From: Candidatus Latescibacterota bacterium
GTDB lineage: Bacteria; Latescibacterota; UBA2968; UBA8231
Reading direction: 5' to 3'
Length of the DNA stretch: 64,000 bases
NCBI GenBank assembly: GCA_965215195.1
Contig: CBDCDC010000002.1
Coordinates: 3,872,001-3,936,000, forward strand
In this document: positions 39,916 to 49,754 of the stretch, piece after piece
Layout of the letters: each line of letters opens with the position of its first letter
How positions within the stretch are numbered: position 1 is the first letter of the stretch
Program-made: the position numbers and the translations under genes
The notes under the pieces: model-generated
Told to the model about the DNA's origin: nothing
The model's database searches: none
The model's input: only the letters and a program-made list of their open reading frames with translations

Positions 39916-41667
39916 GTGCTCATTGCCAGCCAGCCGCGGTGGGCCCCGGGGATCGTCTTTGTACTGGCACTGGGCCTGCGTCTGGTACATGCGTTCGAGA
40001 TGTCGGTCAGTCCGCTTTTTACTATGCCGGCGGTAGATGCGGCCACGTACGCCGAACAGGCCGCTAGCCTAGCCGCGGGCAACTGGTTGGGCCGCGGCCA
40101 AGGCCCGTTCTGGCAACCCCCGCTCTATCCTTATTTCCTCGGCGCAATCAAGCTCGCATTTCCAGAATCCTTTTACTACGTATCCCGCTTTGCACAGGCG
40201 CTAATCGGCAGCCTTAGCTGCGCGTTGCTGTACCCGATTGGGCAGCGGCTTTTTGGGTCCGGCGTCGGTTTCAGCGGCGGGCTCATTGCAGCAGTGTACG
40301 GGCCGCTGATCTATTTTGACGCCCGGCTTTTGCCGGTTGGGCTAGCTACTCTTCTCACCCTTGTAAGTCTCTGGCTGTTAATCCGCGCGGTTGAGCGGCC
40401 GACGAGACCCATTTTTATGGCCGCGGGTTTTGCGCTGGGCCTCGCATCCCTTACCGCGGCGATTCTCGCGCCCTTGATTCCGGGCGTGGCCATCTGGCTG
40501 TTGTGTTGGTTGCGGAAAAACACTGCGCCTTTTCTGCTGGGAGCGGTGCTGGCGATTGCGCCGGTGACGCTGAGAAACTACGCCATTGGCGGCGACATGG
40601 TGCCGATCTCCTATAACGGAGGGGTGAATTTCTACATAGGAAACAACGCAAACGCCGCGCAGACGCTCGCGCTGCGCCCGGGATGGGAATGGGAGGAACT
40701 GGTTGCCCGGCCCCTGCGGGAAGGGATTGTGCGCCCGTCGGCCAAGTCCCTGTTCTTTTACCGACAGGCTCTCGAGTACATGCAGAATGCGCCCCTCGAT
40801 TACATGGGCTTGCTAGCGGCAAAAACAGCCCAGTTCTGGCGCGGCGATGAAATAGAGCGCAATCAGGAAATGTACTATTGGCGCAAGTATTCAAGCGTTC
40901 TCGCCGTTGCGTTGTGGAAATGGGGGGTGGCTTTTCCCTTTGGCTTGGTAAGCCCGTTCGCGCTGTTGGGTCTGATAGTGTACATCCGGCGGCGTGGCAT
41001 TGCGCTGCCGGTGCTTTTCGTCCTCGGCTATAGCTTCGCGGTCATTTCCTTTTTTGTCGCGGCTCGTTACCGCCTGCCAATCGTGCCGCTGCTGATTCTG
41101 TTCGCCGCGTACGGGGGGAGCTGGCTGTATGCGAGATGGCGTCTTTGGCCAACGGTCTGCCTCGCCCTCTTGGTGCTGTTGGTGAATTGGGAGCTGCCGC
41201 CAATGGATGGGCGGGGCAAGGCCGCCACGCACAATGACTTGGGCAACGCCTACCTGCAACAAGGCCGCTACGACATGGCGCTACTGAAATACGAACAGGC
41301 CACGCGGCTCGACTCGACGTATTGGCAGGCTTGGTTCAACCTCGGTTCACTGCGGGCTATGCGCGGCGATTTGCGCGGCGCGCTGCCCATCCTCCTGAAC
41401 GTGTTGGAGCACGAGCGGGAACGCGCTGACGTGTGGAGCAATGTGGCCGGCGTCTATGTCGGACTCGGGGAGTACCCACAGGCGACTCGTACGCTTGAAA
41501 ATGCCTTGCTCGTGGCCCCACCGCGCCCCGACATCTACGCCGAGTTGATGCGATTGTATCTTTTTCAACGGGAATACGACAAGGCGGACGCCCTGTATCA
41601 TCGGGCGTCGTTGGAGTTTCCCGACGATATGCACTTGCGATCCATGCACGATGCGATAAACCATTGA
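39916..41667 (+). CDS. GT39/PMT-like membrane glycosyltransferase with C-terminal TPRs (start may be slightly upstream)
   Basis: VDAATY, FWQPPLYPYFL, NGGVNFYIGNN, ARYRLP and terminal TPRs. Confidence 0.85.
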   Translation: MLIASQPRWAPGIVFVLALGLRLVHAFEMSVSPLFTMPAVDAATYAEQAASLAAGNWLGRGQGPFWQPPLYPYFLGAIKLAFPESFYYVSRFAQALIGSLSCALLYPIGQRLFGSGVGFSGGLIAAVYGPLIYFDARLLPVGLATLLTLVSLWLLIRAVERPTRPIFMAAGFALGLASLTAAILAPLIPGVAIWLLCWLRKNTAPFLLGAVLAIAPVTLRNYAIGGDMVPISYNGGVNFYIGNNANAAQTLALRPGWEWEELVARPLREGIVRPSAKSLFFYRQALEYMQNAPLDYMGLLAAKTAQFWRGDEIERNQEMYYWRKYSSVLAVALWKWGVAFPFGLVSPFALLGLIVYIRRRGIALPVLFVLGYSFAVISFFVAARYRLPIVPLLILFAAYGGSWLYARWRLWPTVCLALLVLLVNWELPPMDGRGKAATHNDLGNAYLQQGRYDMALLKYEQATRLDSTYWQAWFNLGSLRAMRGDLRGALPILLNVLEHERERADVWSNVAGVYVGLGEYPQATRTLENALLVAPPRPDIYAELMRLYLFQREYDKADALYHRASLEFPDDMHLRSMHDAINH

Positions 41668-41704
41668 TTCATCGCCCATCTGATTTCTAGAGAGGTGCAA
41701 TCGT

Positions 41705-43702
41705 TTGGCAAAAGCGCGTTCTGGACGGCTCTGGACGTTCCGGTTACTTACGGCGCTGGCCGGCGTGGGTCTGGTGGTAGGGCTAGAGTTCCTCCTGCGG
41801 CTCGCGCCGGGCTTGGGGCCGTCGCCATTGGTGGTGACTTTGGCCGAAGACGAGGCGACCGGCGAATCCCTGCGCGCGACGAGCCGGTTTTACGCGCAGC
41901 GATTTTTTACGCAATACAAGCGATGGCTGGCCGCAGCAGGCCAAATGGGCGAGCACTTCTTTGTGGAACCCGCGCCGGCTAACCGCTACCGAGTTGCGTT
42001 TGTCGGTGCTTCCACTGTGCAGGGTTTTCCCCATCCGCGCCGCTTGGCCGCCGCGTCTTTTTTGCAAGCGATGCTGGCGGATGCGTGGCCGGAGCGGGAG
42101 GTGGAGGTCGTCAACTTGGGCATCGCAGCCATTGCCAGCTTTGCGGTGGCGCAAGTGGTGGAAGATGCGTTGGTGCTGTCGCCGGATTTGGTCGTCGTCT
42201 ATACCGGACACAACGAATTCTACGGGTTGTACGGGGCCGGGCGGCACCAGCGGCTACAGTACTTTTTGCGGCAACTGCATTTGACGCATTTAGTGGATGG
42301 ATTGCTAGGGGGCATTGCGGCAAGGGACGAGCCGACGGATTTGATAAAAATGGCGGCTGTGCGCGGCGAGGTGCTGTTGCACAGTTCTGCTCGCACGACA
42401 GCTGAGCAGAATTTGTGCGCCAACTTGCGGCGCGTGGCCCGGGTCTGTGCGCGTGCGCAGGTGCCCCTGGTGCTGTGTACTATTGTGGCGAATGACGCGG
42501 GATTTGCGCCAGTGGGATCGACCGCGGGGGGCGAGGCGTGGCAGGCGCGGGTGGAACAAGCGGCGCAGGTCCTGACACAGGGATACGTCGCGCCGGACGA
42601 TGCCGAGAACGCGCTGCAGCAATTGGAGCAAGCAGCGGCCCTTGCCAGCGAACACGCTTGGTTGTGCTATTTGCAAGGCCGGGCGCTGGAGCGGCTGGGG
42701 CGGGACGCCCAAGCGCAGCGGGCCTTTCGCAAGGCGCGGGATTTGGACACCATGCCGTGGCGGGCTCCCACGGCGCACAATGCAGTAATTCGCGCAGTCG
42801 CCGCCGAGCATGAGGTCGTGTTGGCGGATGTGGAAGCGGCGTTTGCGGAGGCTGCGCCCGCGCAGGGCGTGGGTTGGGAGTGGATGGTGGATCACGTTCA
42901 CTTTTCTGTTGCCGGGCAGGCTTTGTTGGCGCGGACCGTTCTCCACAGCATCGCCGCATTGCAGGCTATTGACTTGGGATTGTTGCGGAGCGCAGAGGCG
43001 TATCGGCGCGCCTTGGGGGACCTGCCGGTGGAGCGCGCGGTGGCGTACAACAAGATGGGGGCGATGCTCGCACAAGCACCCTTGCACCAGTACAATGGGC
43101 ACAATGTGCGCTATCTCGAGCAACTGGCGGCCATGGAGGGGCAGCGGTTGTCGCCGGGGGAACGGCGCGGTCTTGAGCAGTGGATGCAGCAGGAGCAGCA
43201 GGGGCCGTTGGTGCTGGCGGTGGCGGATCAGCTTTTCACCGCGCGGGATTTTGCGCGGGCACAGGTCTATTACGCGGCCGCGCACCGCGAGGTGCCGTTT
43301 ACGCGACGCGGGTTGTGGGCGGCGGTGCAGTGGGCGTGGTGTACCAAGATGCAGGGGATGGCACTTACCGACGAGCAGCAAGACGAGGTGCGAGCCGCCC
43401 TGAAACAGGCGGGCTTTCTCGCGCACGATCCAGCCGTGGGCGCGTCCTTCGTCGATTTTGCCAAGGGCCAGCTACACCATTTGCTTGAAGAACGCGATCC
43501 GGCCTTGCTGCATTTGGAGCGCGCTTTTTTGGCCGAGGATTTTCGCCGCCGCTATGCGTTGAGCTTGTTTCAGGCGTTGGCGTTTGAATTGGTTTGGGCT
43601 GGGCGGGTGGAGGATGCGCGGGAATACGCGCGCTTGGTGGGGGGAGAGGTTGGACAGGAAGCGCATTTTTTGCGGATCGTGGAAGACCAACTGACGCCGT
43701 AG
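41705..43702 (+). CDS. Membrane-anchored SGNH/GDSL-fold protein with TPRs
   Basis: FVGASTVQG, EVVNLG, YTGHNEFYG, DHVH and TPR-like helices. Confidence 0.8.
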   Translation: MAKARSGRLWTFRLLTALAGVGLVVGLEFLLRLAPGLGPSPLVVTLAEDEATGESLRATSRFYAQRFFTQYKRWLAAAGQMGEHFFVEPAPANRYRVAFVGASTVQGFPHPRRLAAASFLQAMLADAWPEREVEVVNLGIAAIASFAVAQVVEDALVLSPDLVVVYTGHNEFYGLYGAGRHQRLQYFLRQLHLTHLVDGLLGGIAARDEPTDLIKMAAVRGEVLLHSSARTTAEQNLCANLRRVARVCARAQVPLVLCTIVANDAGFAPVGSTAGGEAWQARVEQAAQVLTQGYVAPDDAENALQQLEQAAALASEHAWLCYLQGRALERLGRDAQAQRAFRKARDLDTMPWRAPTAHNAVIRAVAAEHEVVLADVEAAFAEAAPAQGVGWEWMVDHVHFSVAGQALLARTVLHSIAALQAIDLGLLRSAEAYRRALGDLPVERAVAYNKMGAMLAQAPLHQYNGHNVRYLEQLAAMEGQRLSPGERRGLEQWMQQEQQGPLVLAVADQLFTARDFARAQVYYAAAHREVPFTRRGLWAAVQWAWCTKMQGMALTDEQQDEVRAALKQAGFLAHDPAVGASFVDFAKGQLHHLLEERDPALLHLERAFLAEDFRRRYALSLFQALAFELVWAGRVEDAREYARLVGGEVGQEAHFLRIVEDQLTP

Positions 43703-43806
43703 CGCGGATTCCCCAAGCGGCAAAGGCACCTAAGCGACCCAGTGATGGATACTGTTCGACACACCTTGCGCCGCTCGCAAGCCGCCCGCTCAGACGACCG
43801 TCGGTG

Positions 43807-43823
43807 CTGGCATAGATATTGCA
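43807..43823 (+). promoter_or_regulatory. Sigma-54 (-24/-12) promoter consensus
   Basis: CTGGCATAGATATTGCA matches TGGCAY-N5-TTGCW. It is intergenic and 72 bp upstream of the ATG at 43896. Confidence 0.65.
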
Positions 43824-43895
43824 TTACACGCAGCGCAAGCCGCCTGTTGGTGGTCTTTAGTCCTTCGTTTATATTTCCCGCTGAGGAGTCCAGCC

Positions 43896-44567
43896 ATGAG
43901 CGAAAGTGCCGATCCCCAAACCCGTGCGATCCCCAAACCCGAAGAAATGCCTTGGGTCATTAGCTATCTGCACAACGACATTCAAGACCTACGTCGAGAC
44001 CTGCGCACCCAAGTAGGGGCCGTCAACAACCGCATTGACGAGACCAACCGCATATTGAGCGAACAGATTCATGAGACCAACCGCGTGTTGAGCGAACAGA
44101 TTCATGAGACCAACAACCGCATTGACGAAACCAACCGCGTATTGAGCGAGCAAATTCATGAGACCAACCGCGTATTGGGCGAACAGATTCATGAGACCAA
44201 CAACCGCATTGACGAGACCAATCGCGTATTGGGCGAGCAGATTCATGAGACCAACCGCGTGTTGAGCGAACAGATTCATGAGACCAACAATCGCATTGAC
44301 GAGACCAACCGCGTATTGAGCGAGCAGATTCATGAGACCAACCGCGTGTTGAGCGAACAGATTCATGAGACCAACAATCGCATTGACGAGACCAACCGCG
44401 TATTGAGCGAACAGATTCATGAGACCAACAACCGCATTGACGAGACCAACCGCGTATTGAGCGAGCAGATTCGCGCTGTCCACAAGCGCATGGACACCTA
44501 TTTCCTGTGGATGATGGGCACGTTGGTGGCCATCACCGGCGTCCTCATCGCCGTCATCAAGCTCTGA
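43896..44567 (+). CDS. C-terminally membrane-anchored coiled-coil repeat protein (DUF1640/CCDC90-like architecture)
   Basis: GAGGAG RBS, short head, NNRIDET/NRVLSEQIHET repeats, and TM tail FLWMMGTLVAITGVLIAVIKL. Confidence 0.8.
   Translation: MSESADPQTRAIPKPEEMPWVISYLHNDIQDLRRDLRTQVGAVNNRIDETNRILSEQIHETNRVLSEQIHETNNRIDETNRVLSEQIHETNRVLGEQIHETNNRIDETNRVLGEQIHETNRVLSEQIHETNNRIDETNRVLSEQIHETNRVLSEQIHETNNRIDETNRVLSEQIHETNNRIDETNRVLSEQIRAVHKRMDTYFLWMMGTLVAITGVLIAVIKL
44025..44471 (+). repeat. Coding tandem array of 21-bp and 33-bp units: (21-33-33)x4 then (21-33)x2, last unit partial
   Basis: Units aacaaccgcattgacgagacc and aaccgcgtgttgagcgaacagattcatgagacc, with few substitutions. Confidence 0.95.
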
Positions 44568-44888
44568 GCACCTCGAACCAGTTAGGACTGTCAAGCGCAG
44601 TCGAACAAAACTTTGCCGAGGTGAATCCCCTTTTGCTCCCACGGCCGGGCCGCGGCCGCTTCTGCGGCTGGTTGAGCACCCTCAATGCGATGCTCGTCTA
44701 CGAGTAAATGCTTGCCGGGAAATAATTCAACGCTCACCAGTTCCTTGCCACGCAATTTGCCGCGTCGGACGGGTCGTCCGCTCTGCGGAGCTGGCCTCTT
44801 TCCCCATCCCATCCATCTTGGTCCCTTGACGATTAGCGCACCGTCTCCTTTTTTGCCCTCCCGTTAATTTTGCCAAGAAGCGCACCCC

Positions 44889-46868
44889 TTGCAAAAGAAA
44901 ATCCCCGCCCATTACCTCACCCATCTCAGCGACCGCTACCTCGTGGAATTGCCCGGGTCCGGCCTGAGCTGGCGATCTGTGCTGCTCGGTCTGGGGCTGG
45001 TCATCGCCATCAGCGTTGGCAGCCCCTATTCAATATGGATAGTCGGCTCGTCGGAAATGACGTGGTCGTACTTTCCCATTGCTGTAGGCGCACCCCTGTT
45101 TATCCTGGTCCTATGCAACGCGCTGCTCAAACGCGCCCTCAGCGCGGCCGAGCTGATCACCATTATCATCATGGGGCTGGTCGCCAGCGGCATGCCCATT
45201 TTCATCATCGGCCTGATTCTCAGCATCATCTCCAAGCCTTATTACGGTGCGCTTCCCACCAACCAATGGGCCGAATACGTCCATCCCTATCTGCCGGATT
45301 GGGCCATCCCAGACCCGGCGCACGACGCCATGCGCTTTTTTTACGAGGGCTTGCCAAGCAAAGACATTCCGTGGGGGGCGTGGGCCGGGCCGCTGCTGTG
45401 GTGGCTGCTGCTGGTGCTGGCCATATACTTCGTCGGCCTGTGCTCAGTGGTAGTGTTGCGCCGGCATTGGATGGAGCGCGAGCGGCTGACCTTCCCCCTG
45501 ACCGAGGTGGCCTTGATGCTGACCGAAGAAGCCCCGGGATCGGCGCTGCCGCCGGCGCTCAAGACCCGGGCCTTCTGGATCGGCTTTGCCATCCCGTTTG
45601 GCCTAATCGCCTTCAACATGCCCAGCTACTTTTCCCCGGGTTTGGCGCAAGTGCCCATCTTTCGGGGATGGGCCTTTTCCCTCATTCCCCACGCACCGCC
45701 CCTCAACCTGCTGCTGTATTTTCCGGTCTTGGGGTTTATGTACTTGGCCCCACTGGCCATTTCGTTCAGCGTCTGGTTTTTCTACCTGCTCCACTTGGTG
45801 CAACTGGGCCTGATTAGTCAAACGGGCCTTTTTAACTTGCGCGCCGACCCGTTTGTGTACGGGGGGACCCCCCTGTCGTGGCAGTCTTGGGGGGCCTTTG
45901 CGGCTATGGTGGGGGGGAGCTTGTGGATGGCGCGGCGTCACCTCGCGGCCGTGTGGCGCACCGCGCTGGGCCGCGCCGGGCGGATCGACGACGCCGACGA
46001 GGTGATTTCCTATCGGGTCGCCGTAGGCGGCGGGTTGGCCGGGCTGTGTTTTATCCTCGGCTGGCTGTGGCGCAGCGGCTTGGAGCTGCACTTGGCGGCC
46101 CTCTATCTGGCGGCCGCGCTGGCGATCTTCTTGGGCATTACGCGGCTGGTGGTGCAAGCCGGTTTGCACTATTTGACCACACCCATGAGCGCACAGGGCG
46201 CGATCGTGGCTGCGGCCGGCTCGGCCTTGGGGCCGCAGAACTTGGTCGCGCTAGCCCTGACCTTTGCGTGGTGCAGCGATGTGCAATCGACCTTTATGCC
46301 CTCGGCAGCTAACGCGCTCAAGCTGCACGCTTACTACGCGCATCAACGCAGTGGGGGGCTGGCCGCGGCCATTGCCTTGGCGGTGGTGGTCAGCTTTGTT
46401 GCGACCACCAGCTTCATGATCTACTTGTGCTACGACTACGGGGCGAGCAACCTGCGCTCGTGGTTTTTCAATGCGGCCGGGGGGGCCGGGGGCCAGGCTT
46501 TCGACTGGGTCGCCGAGCAGACGCGCAATCCCGCGCCCGTTGACTGGGACAAGCTCGGCTTGGCCGGCAGCGGGGTGGTGGGCTATGTGGTGCTGGCGTT
46601 TTTGCACTACCGGATCGCGTGGTGGCCCTTGCACCCGGTGGGGCTGGCCGTAGCCTCGACGTGGATGGTCAAACGGATTGCGTTCTCAGTGTTCTTGGCG
46701 TGGGCCTGCAAGGCCTTGATCTTGCGCCTCGGCGGCGTGGCGCTCTACCAGCGGCTCAAGCCGCTGTTCATCGGGCTGGTGGTGGGGTTTTTCTGCGGGG
46801 TTTTTCTGTCGTTTGTAATCGACTGCGGCTGGTTTAAGGGCGCCGGGCATCCGATTCTGCACGGGTGA
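44889..46868 (+). CDS. DUF6785/DUF6784-like multi-pass membrane protein (putative transporter)
   Basis: ERERLTFPL, FFYEGLP, WWPLHPVG and PLFIGLVVG; paralogue of the 13147 gene. Confidence 0.82.
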   Translation: MQKKIPAHYLTHLSDRYLVELPGSGLSWRSVLLGLGLVIAISVGSPYSIWIVGSSEMTWSYFPIAVGAPLFILVLCNALLKRALSAAELITIIIMGLVASGMPIFIIGLILSIISKPYYGALPTNQWAEYVHPYLPDWAIPDPAHDAMRFFYEGLPSKDIPWGAWAGPLLWWLLLVLAIYFVGLCSVVVLRRHWMERERLTFPLTEVALMLTEEAPGSALPPALKTRAFWIGFAIPFGLIAFNMPSYFSPGLAQVPIFRGWAFSLIPHAPPLNLLLYFPVLGFMYLAPLAISFSVWFFYLLHLVQLGLISQTGLFNLRADPFVYGGTPLSWQSWGAFAAMVGGSLWMARRHLAAVWRTALGRAGRIDDADEVISYRVAVGGGLAGLCFILGWLWRSGLELHLAALYLAAALAIFLGITRLVVQAGLHYLTTPMSAQGAIVAAAGSALGPQNLVALALTFAWCSDVQSTFMPSAANALKLHAYYAHQRSGGLAAAIALAVVVSFVATTSFMIYLCYDYGASNLRSWFFNAAGGAGGQAFDWVAEQTRNPAPVDWDKLGLAGSGVVGYVVLAFLHYRIAWWPLHPVGLAVASTWMVKRIAFSVFLAWACKALILRLGGVALYQRLKPLFIGLVVGFFCGVFLSFVIDCGWFKGAGHPILHG

Positions 46869-46927
46869 ACGGATTGCCGTATATTGAGATTGCAACGCCA
46901 AGCCCCTACGAGGAAAGGTAGCCGCTG

Positions 46928-47701
46928 ATGAGCACTTCCCACCCCCTGCACGTGACGGCCGCGGACGTGCAATTCTACCGCGATCGCGGTTATTTCGTCT
47001 ATCCCCATCCGCTCTTTCCCGCTGAAAAGTTCCAGCGCTTGCAAGCCTTTTTCGCCGGCCTGTTGGCCGAGTTGCCCGCCGGCAAGCGGCCAGAGGCCAT
47101 GGACGTGCCGCACTTTGCCCACCCGGAGCTTTTCGAGTGGCTCCTCGCCGACGAGGTACTCGATTTTGTCGAGGCGTTTATCGGCCCGGACATCGTCTTG
47201 TGGTCGAGCCACTTTATCAGCAAGCCGCCCGGCGACGGCAAGCGCGTGCCTTGGCACGAGGACTCGGCGTATTGGAATGAGCGGCTCAGCGAGCACGAGG
47301 TGCTGACCGTGTGGCTGGCCATTGACGACTCAACGCGAGAAAACGGCTGTATGCGGGTGGTCGCCGATTCGCACACGCACGGCTTCTCCGACTACGTGGA
47401 GGTCGATCCCAACACCCACGTTTTCGGGCGCGAGATCGTGGCCGAGCAAGTCGATCAGTCGCGGGTCGTCGATTTGGAACTCCGTGCGGGCCAGTGCCAC
47501 ATCCACCACGCCAAGATCGTCCACGGCTCCAACCCCAACACCAGTGCCAAGCGGCGCTGCGGCTACACCATGCGCTACATGCCGGCGACGACGAAGATGC
47601 GACCCACCCAGTCCCACGCGGTGTATCTGGCGCGCGGCCGGGATCGGGCCGGCAACGAGTACGGCGAGCCGGGGGTGCGGTTTGGCGATGGCATTCGCTA
47701 G
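46928..47701 (+). CDS. Phytanoyl-CoA dioxygenase (PhyH) family Fe(II)/2OG enzyme
   Basis: FISKPPG, WHEDSAYW (HxD), WLAIDD..ENGCM, and HGS..N.S..RR.G.TMRY. Confidence 0.93.
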   Translation: MSTSHPLHVTAADVQFYRDRGYFVYPHPLFPAEKFQRLQAFFAGLLAELPAGKRPEAMDVPHFAHPELFEWLLADEVLDFVEAFIGPDIVLWSSHFISKPPGDGKRVPWHEDSAYWNERLSEHEVLTVWLAIDDSTRENGCMRVVADSHTHGFSDYVEVDPNTHVFGREIVAEQVDQSRVVDLELRAGQCHIHHAKIVHGSNPNTSAKRRCGYTMRYMPATTKMRPTQSHAVYLARGRDRAGNEYGEPGVRFGDGIR

Positions 47702-47757
47702 CTTGCGGTATGCACACAAGAATTCTTCTGGTGGAATCCATTGAAAGGATCATCCTA

Positions 47758-48048
47758 ATGATCATTACACTTACGCCCGACCTTGAGCGTGCGTTGATTG
47801 AGCAAGCCCATAAACTGGGCACCACGCCTGAACAACTCGCTCTCGACAGCCTACGGGCGCATTTTGCTCAGGCCGCGTCTCGCGAAAGCCCGTCAAAAGG
47901 GCGAGGAACACTGGCGGATTTTTTCCAAGGACATATCGGCATCCTGCACAGCAGTGACTACATTCCCGGCGGTGCGCGTATGTCGGAAAATAGCGGCAAA
48001 AAGTTCGCCGCGGGCCTGCTCAAACAACGCGAGCAAGAGGAACGATGA
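47758..48048 (+). CDS. Antitoxin (VapB-like)
   Basis: MIITLTPDLERALIEQAHKLGTTPEQLALDSLR. Small gene coupled by ATGA to the PIN gene. Confidence 0.7.
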   Translation: MIITLTPDLERALIEQAHKLGTTPEQLALDSLRAHFAQAASRESPSKGRGTLADFFQGHIGILHSSDYIPGGARMSENSGKKFAAGLLKQREQEER

Positions 48049-48488
48049 CCCTGACGGATACAGGTCCCTTAGTCGCCTTGCTCGATGCCGATGATCCGTA
48101 CCATGCCGAATGCGTTGCCGCGTTGCATCGTTTGCCACCGGATCCGCTGCTCACCACTTGGGTGTGCCTCACCGAGGCTATGTACCTCCTTAGCGAGGTT
48201 GGCGGTTATCGCTACCAAGCGGCCCTGTGGAACTTGCGTACATCAGGCCGACTCGTCCTACATACTCTGACGTCAGCGGAAGCTGACCGGATGGCGGCGT
48301 TGATGACGCAATACCGAGATGCGCCGATGGACTTGGCGGATGCGTCTCTGGTAGCAACCGCGGAGAGCCGTTCCATGCGTCGCGTGTTCACCGTTGATAC
48401 AGACTTTTATATTTATCGCCTTGTTGACGGGTCTGCATTGGAAGTTGTGCGAGGCCGTGGACCTGCCGACGACTTGGAGCGCGAATGA
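48045..48488 (+). CDS. PIN-domain (VapC-like) toxin; C-terminus reads into duplicated PQQ-gene sequence
   Basis: LTDTGPLVALL, CLTEAMYLL, MDLADASLV and VFTVDTDFYIYR. Confidence 0.9.
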   Translation: MTLTDTGPLVALLDADDPYHAECVAALHRLPPDPLLTTWVCLTEAMYLLSEVGGYRYQAALWNLRTSGRLVLHTLTSAEADRMAALMTQYRDAPMDLADASLVATAESRSMRRVFTVDTDFYIYRLVDGSALEVVRGRGPADDLERE

Positions 48489-48702
48489 GAACGTGGGCCA
48501 CATCCACCACGCCAAGATCGTCCACGGCTCCAACCCCAACACCAGTGCCAAGCGGCGCTGTGGGTACACCATGCGCTACATGCCAGCGACGACGAAGATG
48601 CGACCCACCCAGTCCCACGCGGTGTATCTGGCGCGCGGCCGGGATCGGGCCGGCAACGAGTACGGCGAGCCGGGGGTGCGGTTTGGCGATGGCATCCGCT
48701 AG
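48449..48702 (+). repeat. Duplicated fragments: 48 bp of the PQQ gene joined to 206 bp of the phyH 3' end
   Basis: 48449-48496 is identical to 50900-50947. 48497-48702 matches 47496-47701 with four differences seen. Confidence 0.92.
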
Positions 48703-48749
48703 AGAGCGAAGCCTAATTTATCATCTCAAATCAGGAGGTTGTTTGAGAT

Positions 48750-49748
48750 ATGGAACTATTTCACAAAACCGATTTAGGGGAAATCTACTTGGGCGACGCG
48801 CTCGATCTCATGGTAGGTATCGCGGATAAAAGCGTTAATCTGCTCATGACGTCACCGCCATTTGGGTTGGTTCGCAAAAAGGACTACGGCAATGTCGATG
48901 CGGATCAATACCTCGATTGGTTTCGGCCATTTGCCAAAGAATTTATACGTATCCTCAAGGATAATGGTTCTTTGGTCATTGATATTGGTGGTGCTTGGAT
49001 TCCGGGGCAGCCGACTCGCTCGCTGTATCACTATGAGCTTTTGATTATGCTTTGCAGGGAATTCGATTTGCATCTCGCCCAAGAATTCTTCTGGTGGAAT
49101 CCATCAAAATTGCCTACGCCGGCCGAGTGGGTGAACATACGGCGAGTTCGAGTTAAGGATGCGGTTAATTGCGTCTGGTGGCTTTCGCCGACCCCTTGGC
49201 CGAAAGCTAGCAATCGTCGGGTTCTGATTCCCTATAGCAATTCAATGAAAGGATTACTCAAAAGTGGATATAGAGCCAAGCTGAGGCCAAGCGGGCACGA
49301 TATTAGTGAAAAATTTAACGTTGACAATGGTGCTTCTATTCCGCCCAATCTCATCGCAATTCCCAATACAGAGAGCAATTCTAATTACTTGCGACTTTGC
49401 AAGGAGCACGATATAAAACCACACCCTGCTCGCTTCCCCGCTGAATTGCCCGAGTACTTTATTAGGATGCTCACTGACAAGGGGGACTTGGTTTTCGACC
49501 CCTTAGCTGGCTCTTGTGTGACGGGAGAGGTTGCCGAGCGCTTGAAGCGCAAATGGCTCTGCTGTGATCTCGTCAAAGAATACCTCGAAGGCAGTCTTTT
49601 TAGGTTTGAGACCAAACATAGAGCGAAAAAGAAAGTGCCTTCTTATGGCCTTTGTCACCCTGCTGCGATGTGGAATGGAACTGATAGTGAAGAGGCCCTA
49701 TCGGACGATGGGGGAAAAAAAAGACCTAAAAACAAAACGAGGCCCTAG
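48750..49748 (+). CDS. Site-specific DNA methyltransferase, beta class, M.PvuII-like (probably m4C)
   Basis: MTSPPFGLVRKKDYGN (motif IV) comes before HPARFP and FDPLAGSCVTG (motif I); also NPSKLPTPAEWVN. Confidence 0.92.
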   Translation: MELFHKTDLGEIYLGDALDLMVGIADKSVNLLMTSPPFGLVRKKDYGNVDADQYLDWFRPFAKEFIRILKDNGSLVIDIGGAWIPGQPTRSLYHYELLIMLCREFDLHLAQEFFWWNPSKLPTPAEWVNIRRVRVKDAVNCVWWLSPTPWPKASNRRVLIPYSNSMKGLLKSGYRAKLRPSGHDISEKFNVDNGASIPPNLIAIPNTESNSNYLRLCKEHDIKPHPARFPAELPEYFIRMLTDKGDLVFDPLAGSCVTGEVAERLKRKWLCCDLVKEYLEGSLFRFETKHRAKKKVPSYGLCHPAAMWNGTDSEEALSDDGGKKRPKNKTRP

Positions 49749-49754
49749 GAAACT

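Noticed and set aside
44025-44471. Possible CRISPR array
   Set aside because: The units are contiguous multiples of 3 with no unique spacers, they lie in an ORF with RBS and TM anchor, and no cas genes are present.
43989-44642. 217-aa antisense repeat ORF
   Set aside because: It is a shadow of the stop-free repeat on the opposite strand; the plus-strand ORF has the RBS, promoter and coherent architecture.
48394-48702. 102-aa ORF as a real gene
   Set aside because: It is a chimera of an alternative PIN frame, the 48-bp PQQ fragment and the duplicated phyH end.
47496-48702. Prophage or ICE attL/attR, or a DGR template/variable repeat pair
   Set aside because: No integrase or reverse transcriptase is present, and the differences are synonymous rather than adenine-specific.
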